DNA from: an uncultured Pseudomonadales bacterium
Lineage (GTDB): Bacteria; Pseudomonadota; Gammaproteobacteria; Pseudomonadales; UBA7434
NCBI GenBank assembly: GCA_943787705.1
Contig: CALSNL010000004.1
Coordinates: 8,158 to 72,157, forward strand
Length of the DNA: 64,000 bases
Direction: 5' to 3'
The notes under the pieces are model-generated. The model saw nothing but the letters and a program-made list of their open reading frames with translations, was not told the DNA's origin and searched no databases. Shown one piece after another: positions 18,916-31,023 of the stretch; within the stretch, counting starts at the first letter, position 1, and every line of letters starts with the position of its first letter. A program made the translations under genes and the position numbers.

Positions 18916-20674
18916 TTATAAATTCAGACCAACGCTCAACCAATATTGAGTACCCTCGCCATTAGCTGCCTCTGAGCCATCAAAGGGCTTAGCCGCAGAA
19001 AATCGAGCAAATCCACCAATATTCGGAAAAGTCAGCTCAGTCTCAACACCCCAACCAGCAATATCGAGTGAGTCTGTTGCTTCGCCATTGGCATCCTTCA
19101 ACTTACCCCAGCCATAATCAGCAAATACTGACAGCGATAAAATCTCACTCCAACTGTATTCGCCATAGGCAATGCCATTAGAAAATGCACCACCATTAAT
19201 AACCCAAGACAAACTAGTGAATACCGCAGTATCTCTAATGTATTCAGCAACGGGATAAGCCCTTACTGTATAGGGCCCACCTAAGCTCATGCGCTCTAGT
19301 GTAGATAATGCGTCGTCGGAATATTGGCCATTAAAGTGAAATAATAATGAGTTATTACGCACAACTGATTGCAAACGACTATAGCTTGCACTGACTTTAC
19401 TAAATTGGCCTGGCAGCGCTTGCTCACCATTAATGACGCCTAAACTTTCGCCATTACCTTGGCCATCCATTGAACCTAAAAAGTCATTAAAGCCATGCGA
19501 GAAGGTTAACGAACCACGGTGCACACCTCTAAATCGTGTATCTACCGAATCGGCTATAACTGAAGCTTCAAGTACAGTTAAACGATCGACCCCTTGCGCT
19601 ATATTGAATGATGTGAAATCGACATTGGAACGCTTAACGGCCAAACCAAGGCGCGTAGCTAAGTTAACATTTCGCTGACGTATCCATTGTGAGTTAATAA
19701 ATATATCGCCAATTTCTGTCTTGCCCTCTATTCCCAAAGCAAGGACGGCACTATCTTCGACGTTATAACTTGTCTTACTAAAGCCAAGCCCAAAAGTATG
19801 CACTAAATCGGGATGCGTTATTTGATAGGTGACTCTAGCATTGCGTAAATCACCCGGACTGAATGTTTTAACTGCGTATCTACTGACAGTTGATCGATAT
19901 GGCCAGTAATATTATTCACTTTAATGGCAAGCAATAGTCGCGCCTCACCGGTTGATTCAACACCATAATTATCGGCTTGAATAAAATAACTAATCGGGTC
20001 TTCATCAACCGTTTTAACCGTTAACGCTGTTTCACCCAAATCGTTGCCCGGCTTAAATACAGCGGTAGCAGTAAAACCAGGCATATCACTTAAGCGAAGA
20101 AGTTTACTCTCAACAAAATCAAGCTGGACCGCACTCACCGATAACGTTCTTGAAAGGTATGCTGGATAACACTGTCGCTGTATAAGACATTAGCATCACT
20201 GTTAACACCGCCAAACTTGCCGACAAATACGTGAATAGCTACGGCACCGTTCTCAATTTCTTGGGCAGGTAAAATCGCCTTTGCCAGCATTAAGCCTGAC
20301 TGCCGAAGGTTTTCTGTTACCAGAAAAGTGAGGTCATCAAGCTCAGTTAAATTAAAGTTATTATCGGAATCTAAAAGATAATCATTAACGAGATTGTTAA
20401 TGTTATTGACCTTTGTCACTAGCGATAAGTTGTGGCTCATCATAAGTCACAACCAATTTTTGCACGCTAATCACTGGGCCGCTGTCAGCATCTGTAGGTG
20501 GCGCAGCTACAGGAGGAACCGTTACGATATTTCATCAACAATAGCAGGAAGCATAGGCACTTCTCGCTCGGGCTCTAATGCACCTGGAGAATATGGTTTG
20601 AGCAACAGCAGAGGTTTGTAAAGCACACAACCATGAGTCCTGTTGCGCTGCAAATAATCCTTTTTTTTAAGCAT
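18916..20674 (-). pseudogene. TpsB (ShlB/FhaC-type) outer-membrane transporter, fragmented
   Basis: Fragments 20135-20443 (POTRA-like), 19818-20138 (LRLSDMPGF..TALTVKTVDEDP..YFIQADNYG) and 18916-19803 (beta-barrel ending ..YWLSVGLNL) are collinear. The N-terminal signal region starts at ATG 20674 and crosses a T8/A8 run at 20661-20668. I count at least five frame changes. Confidence 0.65.
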
Positions 20675-20807
20675 CGTTATATCCCACTGCATTATTTCTT
20701 ATTCCCCATGATGGCTGCGATCCTTTCGACACTAACCACTAGCCAATATAGTAGATCTACTTATTATTAAAGCAGCTTTTTTCTCTTAAACAGTAACCGA
20801 TAAGAAT

Positions 20808-21664
20808 TCAAAACCGCACATTTATACATTTATATGGCTTTCTTCGTACCATTAGCACCGCAAAAGCCGTGGCATATAATACTAGAGTTCCAGGCAAAGG
20901 TACTACTGTTGCTTGAGAATCAATACCAACTTCAAAACCATCAACAATATAAGAGCCACTAAAACTGGTTACAGAGAGATCAGTTAAATCATCTAAGATA
21001 ATTAACTAATAATTCATTAGTTTCGTAGTTCAGTCCATCTTCATCTAGCAACTCTCGATTGAATCCAAGAATTCTATCGGTATGACAGCCTTCGCCATCA
21101 TCGGGCAAAGCGTAACCACATACGGCAACCGGCGAAGTTTCAATATTGATACCTTCAAAAATGAGATCCCCAGATGATAAATCTACCGATTGATTATTAA
21201 TCGTTAACGACTGATCACTGATACTAAAAATAAATATCGAATTAAGTTCGACATTATCATCAACAGAAATATCCCAAGCTAAAGACGCTCCCGCCGACAA
21301 AACTAACGATACATCACCAGTAGCACCAGCAATACCGTTAGGGTCATCAGGGTTAAGATTATTCAAATCAACTTGAATTTCGTTTTAGACACCACCGGAG
21401 CTATTAAAGTCACTATTCTTGTAAGCGCCCAAATAGATAAGCTCTTCACCACCATTTTTCTTCAGGATTGACCAAGCCTAAACTCTCAGAATATGTCATC
21501 AAAAACCTCATCCTTCACAAAGTTTTTAAACACATTATGACTTTGACCACTAAAAACATAACTGGAAGCATCACCGTTTGCCGGTGTAGTCTATAGTTAC
21601 ACAACGCAGCACTCGCTGACACAGAAGCTACAGCCGCTAATATCAATACCGATATTTTTTTCAC
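20808..21664 (-). pseudogene. Secreted protein with a PEP-CTERM-like tail, fragmented
   Basis: GTG at 21664 follows GAGGGA and opens the signal peptide KKISVLILAAVASVSASAA. There are several frame breaks plus an in-frame TAA, then the central ORF 20989-21366. The alternative-frame 3' end reads ..VVPLPGTLVLYATAFAVLMVRRKPYKCINVRF with its stop at 20808-20810. Confidence 0.5.
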
Positions 21665-22163
21665 GAAAAAATCCCTCATCCAATTTGATTGAGGACGGAT
21701 TTATAGTGGGTTTATCAGAAGAAAATAAGATGCACGTAAGCCATGAAAAGAAGGCGGTATGCTAAGAAGGCAGCCAAATTTGGACTTTAAAATTTAACTA
21801 TCTACCCTATTTCACTCAAGACAAACTGTATAAAACAGTCCTGCCATTAATTAAAATAGGGGCCAAGGGAGTTACATAATACCTTTAAGAGGAGCAATGT
21901 CAATTAAATGTTTAATAAACAATCAGCATGGCGTATATGAGTACAAATAAGGAATATATCGTAAGCTATTGTTTTTATGGAATTAAAATGGAAATCTCAC
22001 GGATATTATAGGCGTAGCAGCGATAAAGTTAATTGAAAAAGATTTTTTACGCTCTCAATCAAGCTGAATACTTGCATGCCCCCGCCAATATGGCTGCACT
22101 GACAGTCTACTTTAAGCCTTACGCCAATACTCAGCTGAAATGAAATACGGTAAAGCACTCGCC

Positions 22164-22970
22164 CTATTCAAAAAACGCCAAGACTAAGGCGTTAAACACC
22201 TCAGGCTTTTCAGCATGTAACCAATGACTCGCACCTGCGATTTCCTCAAAAGCACTATTTGGAAAAAGCGTTCGAGTCACAGCTTCATACTCAGGCTTAA
22301 TATAATCAGAGAGTTCACCTGCAATAAATAACACGGGGTTTTCAAATACCTGATGATCTTTATCGAGTGATAGACCCTGACGAAGCTCTGCATAGTTTTT
22401 TATGATGGCTGGCAAGTTCATGCGCCAACGAAAACCCTGCTCCTGCTTTTCTAAATTTTGCATTAAAAACTGACAGGTAGAAGTATCTTCTATTGATGCC
22501 TGAAGTGATTGCTGTACCTCTGCACGATTTTTCACATGCTGTAAATCAATAGCGCTAAGGCCTGTAAAGACAGCATCATGCTGCGATGCATAAGTCACCG
22601 GGGCTATGTCAGCCACAACCAGTTTATGCACTCGCGATGGGTGACGAAGCGCTAAACTCATGGCTACTTTTCCACCGAGTGAGTGTCCAAGCACATTAAC
22701 CGCCTGCAACCCAAGGCGGTCAAGCATAGCCAAAACCTCATCGGCCATAGAGGCAATCGTCATTGCATTACTGTGTGGCGAACGACCATGGTTAGGCAGG
22801 TCAAAAGAAAAAACAGCGTATTGATCGGATAATACACGTGCAACGGTACCGAGATTACGGCCCATACCAAATAGACCATGAAGCAGAATAACCGGTGGCT
22901 TACCACTGTTCAGATTAGATTCACCGCTGCGGGTTACATAAAGATCCTGCTCAACACTCATAACCATCAT
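22164..22970 (-). CDS. ybfF: Alpha/beta-hydrolase esterase (YbfF-like)
   Basis: VILLHGLFGMGRNLG.., the nucleophile elbow GHSLGGKV, and ADIAPV resemble E. coli YbfF (from memory). Confidence 0.7.
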   Translation of the reverse strand: MMVMSVEQDLYVTRSGESNLNSGKPPVILLHGLFGMGRNLGTVARVLSDQYAVFSFDLPNHGRSPHSNAMTIASMADEVLAMLDRLGLQAVNVLGHSLGGKVAMSLALRHPSRVHKLVVADIAPVTYASQHDAVFTGLSAIDLQHVKNRAEVQQSLQASIEDTSTCQFLMQNLEKQEQGFRWRMNLPAIIKNYAELRQGLSLDKDHQVFENPVLFIAGELSDYIKPEYEAVTRTLFPNSAFEEIAGASHWLHAEKPEVFNALVLAFFE

Positions 22971-23155
22971 AACTCTTCACTTTTAATCAACGAAAATTTC
23001 AAAGGCTAAAGATTATATCGCCTTATAGCCGATAACCGGGACTGTTATTAACCAACACAATTGGTAGAATAATGGCATATCATTTATGAGCAGCGATTCA
23101 TCATTACTGAATCGCGAATAAATCACCCCTCTCTATTTTTCTAGGATTTTTATCT

Positions 23156-24001
23156 ATGTACTTTTCAGCATCAACCCATCTCGATAAAAACCAAGTATTT
23201 AAAACACGATTTGATAGCCATAAAAAAACTATCCATCGATGGCTAAGCCTATTATTAACTGGCATCCTGCTCAGCGCCTGCCAAACCACTTCATTTAATG
23301 ACACCGCCTACCCGTTTGTCATTAATAGCGAAAAAATGGCAGAGCAACCCATCGATAAGGTGATCATTGCGCATGTCAACTTAGGCAGCCCCTCTAAACA
23401 TTATTTAAACGAATATGAAAACAAAATAGATAAAGAAGTCATCGCTCAATTAGAAGCTGGCGGTTATAAAATAGAAAGTAACGCACTGTTTCAAAAAACC
23501 TGGCGTGATGCCACACGAAAATACGGCGAACCCTATAGCCCAGTCACCTCACAAGTTAATGCTAGAGCTTTTCAACGCGTAATTTACACCGCAATCAATA
23601 CATTAAAAGAACAGACAGATATCAAAGCCGTTGTATTTACCGATTTAATTGAACGACAAGTCTCGTTTGGTCATCATATTAATCGCAATACAAAGTGGGA
23701 TGGCGTATCGCGTAAACCCAAAATAAAAGGTGCCGGTACAGGTATTTCACAAGGGTTTGATTGGAGTCAAACGGTACCCGCAGCCTCACTGTCAGTCACC
23801 GTTTATCATGTCGATGGCCAGCGCTTATTTCAGAGTATTGGCGGTTTAGAAGTTACACGTAAACTTGATCCTAACAAAGGCGGCAATGGTCGATTTGTTC
23901 GAAGAGATAAATTATTCACCAGCCAAGCCAATGTGCGTCAGGGCGTCAACTTTGCATTACACCCTTTTGTCAAAATGAAAGGCTACCCAGAAAAGAAATA
24001 A
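23156..24001 (+). CDS. Hypothetical lipoprotein
   Basis: 281-aa ORF with a lipobox-like LLTGILLSAC after a basic segment. No family recognised. Confidence 0.5.
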   Translation: MYFSASTHLDKNQVFKTRFDSHKKTIHRWLSLLLTGILLSACQTTSFNDTAYPFVINSEKMAEQPIDKVIIAHVNLGSPSKHYLNEYENKIDKEVIAQLEAGGYKIESNALFQKTWRDATRKYGEPYSPVTSQVNARAFQRVIYTAINTLKEQTDIKAVVFTDLIERQVSFGHHINRNTKWDGVSRKPKIKGAGTGISQGFDWSQTVPAASLSVTVYHVDGQRLFQSIGGLEVTRKLDPNKGGNGRFVRRDKLFTSQANVRQGVNFALHPFVKMKGYPEKK

Positions 24002-24016
24002 CCTTTATAACAAGGG

Positions 24017-24703
24017 TTAACCCGCCAGATAACTTAGAATACGAGAGATCTCGCAAAGTGGCCGCCCGCTTTGCTCTGCCCATTCAACAAACGCTTTTTG
24101 CGCCTCAAGCATGGCCGTTTTGGACTTAGGCTCGCGATCAACAATGCCCAGCCCCACTAATACTGCCACCGTATCATTGGTCAATAAAAACGTATCAACA
24201 CCCGCCATTCTTAAGAATCGCGAACCCGAATGCCCTCCTAAATGGGCACCTCGCTTTTTTAAATCCAACCATAAGCTGACAATATCGTGACTCGGCCAAT
24301 CCGCTAACCACTGTCCAAAGCTGCCATGCGATTGCACAACATCACAAACCAATACCGCATTAGTACGTATCGATTTAATTTTCCCCCAGTGCCTAATAAT
24401 ACCTTCGGCCTGTAATATATCCTCTAGGCCCTCATCGCTCAGAGCCGCTAAAGCCCGTGGATTAAAGCCATAACAAGCCTTCTCAAAAGCCGGCCATTTG
24501 GCATCAACCATTTTATGCTGCAAACCCGAACGAAAAACACGGCGACATATCAGCGAAAGATAGTCTGCATCGGAGCGAGCAATCAATTGCTTTCTGGTAG
24601 CCAATCTTGGCAGTTGGGATTCAAGATCTTGCACCGAAGCAAAGCGTTTAAGTGCTTGTGTATAAATCCAATCAAATGATCGAGCGGGATATTTTGTTGT
24701 CAC
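24017..24703 (-). CDS. DNA-3-methyladenine glycosylase I (Tag/Adenine_glyco)-like protein
   Basis: ..FRSGLQHKMVDAKWPAFEKACYGFNP.., ..AEGIIRHWGKIKSIRTNA.. parallel the Tag core (GIIRHRGKI). The N-terminus differs from E. coli Tag. Confidence 0.5.
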   Translation of the reverse strand: MTTKYPARSFDWIYTQALKRFASVQDLESQLPRLATRKQLIARSDADYLSLICRRVFRSGLQHKMVDAKWPAFEKACYGFNPRALAALSDEGLEDILQAEGIIRHWGKIKSIRTNAVLVCDVVQSHGSFGQWLADWPSHDIVSLWLDLKKRGAHLGGHSGSRFLRMAGVDTFLLTNDTVAVLVGLGIVDREPKSKTAMLEAQKAFVEWAEQSGRPLCEISRILSYLAG

Positions 24704-24741
24704 TTCATTTGCCTTGCTCTAAATGTTTATTAGTTTATTGT

Positions 24742-25149
24742 TTAATGTTTATTGGTTTCTACCGCAGTAAAGTCTAAAGATGCTGAGTTGATACAGTAGC
24801 GCATACCCGTCGGCGCAGGGCCATCATTAAACAAATGACCTAAATGCGCATCGCAACTCGCACAAGTCACTTCCGTTCGTTGCATACCATGAGAGCCATC
24901 CACATGCTCAGCGACTGCACCCTCCGCGCCAGGCTGATAAAAACTCGGCCAACCAGAACCTGAATCGTATTTAGCTTGGGTATTAAATAATACTGTTTGG
25001 CAGCATTTACACAAGAACTGCCCCTGCTCTTTTATTTCATTATATTTGCCCGTAAACGCTCGCTCAGTGCCCTTTTGTCGAGTAATCTGATACTCCTCAG
25101 GCGACAGCTGCTCGCGCCATTGCGCATCCGTTTTAATCACTTTAGTCAT
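24742..25149 (-). CDS. msrB: Peptide-methionine (R)-S-oxide reductase
   Basis: 135 aa with two CxxC pairs (CKCC.., CASCDAHLGHLF) and the RYCINS catalytic motif. Confidence 0.9.
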   Translation of the reverse strand: MTKVIKTDAQWREQLSPEEYQITRQKGTERAFTGKYNEIKEQGQFLCKCCQTVLFNTQAKYDSGSGWPSFYQPGAEGAVAEHVDGSHGMQRTEVTCASCDAHLGHLFNDGPAPTGMRYCINSASLDFTAVETNKH

Positions 25150-25335
25150 ATATCACCCATTAAGATCAAGATATGTAGCTAGCTTACGTTGGTTTATGTA
25201 GATATTACATCGCCAGTTATCCCAAGGTAAGTCTATAATCGTTATATACGTTCAATAAAAATGAATAGACTTTATTGATATAGTTATTTAGATGTACCTG
25301 TTTGACGTACATATCAATAGAAAAGAGACTGAGTG

Positions 25336-26550
25336 ATGTCCAGCATTTCAAAATCCGGCAAATTACAAAACGTGTGTTATGACATTCGTGGCCCCGTGCT
25401 GCGTGAAGCCACACGCCTAGAAGATGAAGGTCACCGTATACTCAAACTGAATATCGGTAATCCGGCTGCCTTTGGCATGCTGACACCTGATGAAATCCTA
25501 CAAGATGTGATCCGTAACCTCCCCGATGCTCAAGGCTACTGTGACTCGAAAGGACTGTATTCTGCTCGCAAAGCCATTATGCAAGACTGTCAACTACGTG
25601 GCGTTGAAGGCGTCGAAGTTGATGATATCTATCTTGGTAACGGTGTTAGTGAACTGATTGTTATGGCCATGCAAGGCCTACTGAATGATGGTGATGAAGT
25701 CCTTGTACCCGCACCAGACTACCCACTATGGACAGCCGCAGTAACATTAAGTGGCGGTAAGCCCGTGCATTATGTCTGTGACGAACAAGCAGACTGGCAA
25801 CCCGATATTGACGACATAAAAAGTAAGATTACCGCTCGCACGCGTGCCATCGTTATTATCAACCCGAATAACCCAACGGGTGCCGTTTATGACAAAGACA
25901 TATTAGAACAACTGGCACAAGTGGCTCGCGACCATAAACTCGTGGTTTGCGCTGACGAAATCTACGACCGCATACTTTACGATGGCACCGTCCACACACC
26001 TTTTGCAACGCTTGCGCATGACCTACTCTGCCTATCGTTTAACGGTTTATCAAAATCCTATCGCCTAGCGGGCTTTCGCTCAGGGTGGATGATATTAACG
26101 GGGAAAAAAGAAGACTCTAAAGACTTTGTTGAAGGTTTAGATATTCTCGCGTCAATGCGACTTTGCGCCAACGTCCCTGCTCAATTCGCCATACAAACAG
26201 CGTTAGGCGGCTACCAAAGCATTAACGACCTAGTACTTCCAACCGGAAGACTAGGCGCACAACGCGATGTTGCCTATAACAAACTTATTGAAATTCCCGG
26301 GGTAAGCTGTGTCAAACCTAAGGGTGCTATTTATATGTTCCCTAAGTTAGATGAGAAGATGTACCCGATTGTCGATGATGAGAAATTTATCTTAGACTTA
26401 TTATTAGAGCAGAAGATGTTGTTAGTACAAGGCTCAGCATTTAATTTGCAAAGTAAAAATCATTTGCGAATCGTCTTTTTACCCGAGCAATTTGTATTAG
26501 GCGATGCAATTGATCGGCTGGCTAAATTTTTGGAAGATCGTAGAAAATAA
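25336..26550 (+). CDS. alaA: Glutamate-pyruvate (alanine) aminotransferase
   Basis: SKSGKLQNVCYDIRGPVLREATRLEDEGHRILKLNIGNPA closely parallels E. coli AlaA. Class I aminotransferase motifs are present (NPNNPTG, SKSYRLAGFR). Confidence 0.85.
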   Translation: MSSISKSGKLQNVCYDIRGPVLREATRLEDEGHRILKLNIGNPAAFGMLTPDEILQDVIRNLPDAQGYCDSKGLYSARKAIMQDCQLRGVEGVEVDDIYLGNGVSELIVMAMQGLLNDGDEVLVPAPDYPLWTAAVTLSGGKPVHYVCDEQADWQPDIDDIKSKITARTRAIVIINPNNPTGAVYDKDILEQLAQVARDHKLVVCADEIYDRILYDGTVHTPFATLAHDLLCLSFNGLSKSYRLAGFRSGWMILTGKKEDSKDFVEGLDILASMRLCANVPAQFAIQTALGGYQSINDLVLPTGRLGAQRDVAYNKLIEIPGVSCVKPKGAIYMFPKLDEKMYPIVDDEKFILDLLLEQKMLLVQGSAFNLQSKNHLRIVFLPEQFVLGDAIDRLAKFLEDRRK

Positions 26551-26564
26551 CTTAGCTAACGTTT

Positions 26565-26603
26565 TTATATAGCGCTCTTATATAGCGCTTTTATATAGCA
26601 TTA
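26565..26603. repeat. 13-bp tandem repeat x3 between the convergent alaA and thioesterase genes
   Basis: TTATATAGCGCTC TTATATAGCGCTT TTATATAGCATT. Confidence 0.7.
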
Positions 26604-26951
26604 GATAGGTTGTTTTTGGTCGTGCTCATCGACGTTAACAAACGTCATATGCGTTGAAAACAGCACGCGTTCAGGGTCAATATCTTTCACCTTACCGAAC
26701 ACACTAATACGATAAGTGACAGACGTCTTGCCTAAGCGCTCCTGCTCTGCCCTAAACAACAACACTTCACCTTTTTCAATCCGGTAGCGAAACTCGACAT
26801 TATCCATTGCCACCGTCACAAAACGTCGACCGGGAAAATCAACGGTCGCCGTAATATAAGCAATCTCATCAATCCAATTTAATAGATTGCCGCCAAATAA
26901 ATAGCCGTAATGATTAATATGCTCAGGCAGTACTAGTTTATAGTGATCCAT
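26601..26951 (-). CDS. Hotdog-fold acyl-CoA thioesterase
   Basis: 116 aa. ..HINHYGYLFGGNLLNWIDE..A.. is typical of the YciA/4HBT-type hotdog fold. Confidence 0.7.
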   Translation of the reverse strand: MDHYKLVLPEHINHYGYLFGGNLLNWIDEIAYITATVDFPGRRFVTVAMDNVEFRYRIEKGEVLLFRAEQERLGKTSVTYRISVFGKVKDIDPERVLFSTHMTFVNVDEHDQKQPI

Positions 26952-26989
26952 AATTATTTAAATAAACCCCAATTAACCAATCAGTTAAA

Positions 26990-27646
26990 TTATTCTTCTT
27001 GAAGAAAAGCCATAAACAGCATAGCCAAAACTGCACCCACTAACTGAGCAGCAATAAAAGCCGCAATAAAATCTGGATTGATACCAGTAAAACTATCACT
27101 AAAGCCACGCGCAATGGTGACAGCAGGATTTGCAAAAGACGTTGAAGAAGTAAACCAGTAACCGGCAGAGATATACAGGCCAACTGCCGGCGCCACAGCA
27201 AGTAAATGAAACTTTCTAACGCCTAATATCGTCATCAATAAGCCAAAGGTCGCAATCACTTCTGACAAATAAATATTAAACCCACCTCTATCATTGTCAG
27301 ACACCTGAAAAACATCTAAACCAAACATCGCATGCGCCAGCACTACACCAAACAAACCACCGGCGCATTGAAAAATAATAAAAGCGATAAAGCGCTTAGC
27401 ATCGATTTCTTTTTTTAAGAACATCACCAGACTAACGACGGGATTAAAGTGCGCGCCTGAAATAGCGATAAAAATCCAAATTAACGCGGTTAAGCCAACC
27501 CCCGTCGCGATGGTATTAGCTAACAATACACTGAGCTGATCGGCCGATAGGCCTTGAGCCATAATGCCAGAGCCAATAACCACCATCACTAAAAAACAAG
27601 TACCAACGAATTCAGCCAAACTGGCTCGAAGTAAAGCTTTACTCAT
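26990..27646 (-). CDS. MIP-family channel (aquaporin-like)
   Basis: 218 aa with six hydrophobic segments and two NPx boxes (SGAHFNPVVS, SFANPAVT). It starts 3 nt after the guaA stop. Confidence 0.8.
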   Translation of the reverse strand: MSKALLRASLAEFVGTCFLVMVVIGSGIMAQGLSADQLSVLLANTIATGVGLTALIWIFIAISGAHFNPVVSLVMFLKKEIDAKRFIAFIIFQCAGGLFGVVLAHAMFGLDVFQVSDNDRGGFNIYLSEVIATFGLLMTILGVRKFHLLAVAPAVGLYISAGYWFTSSTSFANPAVTIARGFSDSFTGINPDFIAAFIAAQLVGAVLAMLFMAFLQEE

Positions 27647-27649
27647 TAA

Positions 27650-29230
27650 TTATTCCCACTCAATCGTCGCTGGCGGCTTACTCGATACGTCATAAGCAAC
27701 ACGAGAAACAACTTCAATCTCATTAATAATTCGGTTAGATACTTTTTCAAGTAAGTCATAAGGTAAGTGAGCCCAACGAGCCGTCATAAAATCAACCGTC
27801 TCAACCGCACGTAATGCAATAACCCATTCATAGCGGCGTGCATCGCCCACTACACCAACAGATTTTACCGGCAAGAAAACCGCAAACGCCTGACTGGTTT
27901 TTTGATACCAACCAAAGTTATGTAGCTCTTCAATAAAAATAGCATCGGCTTCACGTAAAATATCGCAATACTCTTTTTTCACTTCACCTAGAATACGCAC
28001 ACCTAAACCCGGCCCAGGAAACGGATGACGATAAACCATATCGTAAGGTAAGCCTAACTCAACACCAATTTTACGCACTTCATCTTTAAACAATTCACGC
28101 AACGGCTCTACTAATTTCAGCGCCATATCATCAGGTAAGCCACCCACATTATGATGCGACTTTATGACATGCGCTTTACCGGTTTTCGATGCAGCCGATT
28201 CAATCACATCAGGATAAATTGTGCCTTGAGCCAGAAACTGAACATTATCAATTTTTTGTGATTCTTCATCGAAAATTTCGATAAACGTATTACCAATTAC
28301 TTTACGCTTGGCTTCTGGATCACTCACACCCGCTAAGCCATTTAAAAACTTATCTTGAGCATTAGCACGAATCACTTTAACGCCCATATTATTAGCGAAC
28401 ATCTCCATCACCATATCGCCTTCATTTTTGCGTAACAAGCCGTTATCAACAAAAACACAGGTCAACTGATTACCAATGGCTTTATGCAGCAACGCGGCAA
28501 CCACAGATGAATCAACGCCCCCAGACAAACCGAGTAATACATGGCTATCGCCAACCTGCTCTCGCACGCGAGCAATCTGATCTTCAATAATCGCTGCGGC
28601 AGTCCAGAGAGGCTCACAAGCACAAATCTCTAGTGCAAAATGTTGAAAAATTCGCTCGCCTTGTAAGGTATGCGTTACTTCAGGGTGAAACTGAATGCCG
28701 TAAAAGTTTTTATCTTTATTCGCCATACCCGCTATTGGGCATGAAGGCGTAGAAGCCATTAATTCAAAACCATTAGGCATTGCCACGACTTTATCACCAT
28801 GACTCATCCATACATCTAACAATGACTCACCGTCATCACTAATATGATCTTTAATATCACGCAGCAAAGCACTCTCAGATTCCACTTTAATCTGTGCATA
28901 ACCAAATTCACGCACATCGGAGTTAGCTACTTTGCCGCCTAACTGACTAGCCATGGTTTGCATGCCGTAGCAAATACCTAAAATAGGCAAGCCCATTTCA
29001 AATAAACCTTCAGGCGCGCGAGGCGCGTTATCGCCATCGGTTACCGACTCAGGGCCACCAGAAAGAATAATGCCGCGAGGATTAAATGCACGAATTTCTT
29101 CTGCGCTAATATCCCATGCACGAATTTCGGAGAACACACCAATTTCACGAATCCGTCGCGCAATTAATTGTGTGTACTGCGAACCGAAATCGAGAATAAG
29201 AATACTTTGACTTTGAATATCTGAACTCAT
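27650..29230 (-). CDS. guaA: GMP synthase (glutamine-hydrolysing)
   Basis: 526 aa: GATase (ILGICYGMQ), ATP-PPase (SGGVDSSV), and the C-terminal ..PPATIEWE. Confidence 0.95.
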   Translation of the reverse strand: MSSDIQSQSILILDFGSQYTQLIARRIREIGVFSEIRAWDISAEEIRAFNPRGIILSGGPESVTDGDNAPRAPEGLFEMGLPILGICYGMQTMASQLGGKVANSDVREFGYAQIKVESESALLRDIKDHISDDGESLLDVWMSHGDKVVAMPNGFELMASTPSCPIAGMANKDKNFYGIQFHPEVTHTLQGERIFQHFALEICACEPLWTAAAIIEDQIARVREQVGDSHVLLGLSGGVDSSVVAALLHKAIGNQLTCVFVDNGLLRKNEGDMVMEMFANNMGVKVIRANAQDKFLNGLAGVSDPEAKRKVIGNTFIEIFDEESQKIDNVQFLAQGTIYPDVIESAASKTGKAHVIKSHHNVGGLPDDMALKLVEPLRELFKDEVRKIGVELGLPYDMVYRHPFPGPGLGVRILGEVKKEYCDILREADAIFIEELHNFGWYQKTSQAFAVFLPVKSVGVVGDARRYEWVIALRAVETVDFMTARWAHLPYDLLEKVSNRIINEIEVVSRVAYDVSSKPPATIEWE

Positions 29231-29282
29231 GATGACCTAACGCTTTTTAAAAAAAATAATATAAAGAATGGGCTTAAAATTA

Positions 29283-29309
29283 AAATAAAAAACGGCGCAA
29301 ACTGCGCCG
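29283..29309 (-). terminator. Intrinsic terminator/attenuator between guaB and guaA
   Basis: CGGCGCA-AAC-TGCGCCG stem-loop, followed on the minus strand by T6. Confidence 0.65.
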
Positions 29310-29384
29310 CTATTTTAAATCGTTAGCTATGCAAAACTAACATCAACTATCTGCAAAGACCCGAGTAGTTACTAAGCCGGATAG

Positions 29385-30889
<1,505 letters not shown>

Positions 30890-31023
30890 TTATTCAACGA
30901 TTCCAGGATCAGCAAACATGGGTGAGATAAGTGCAGTAATAAAACGCGTAAATACCGCCTAATGGCAATAGCACGCTAACATCACTGAGCCCAACATTAT
31001 AAGCCGGCAAAGCATTTCGGTAA

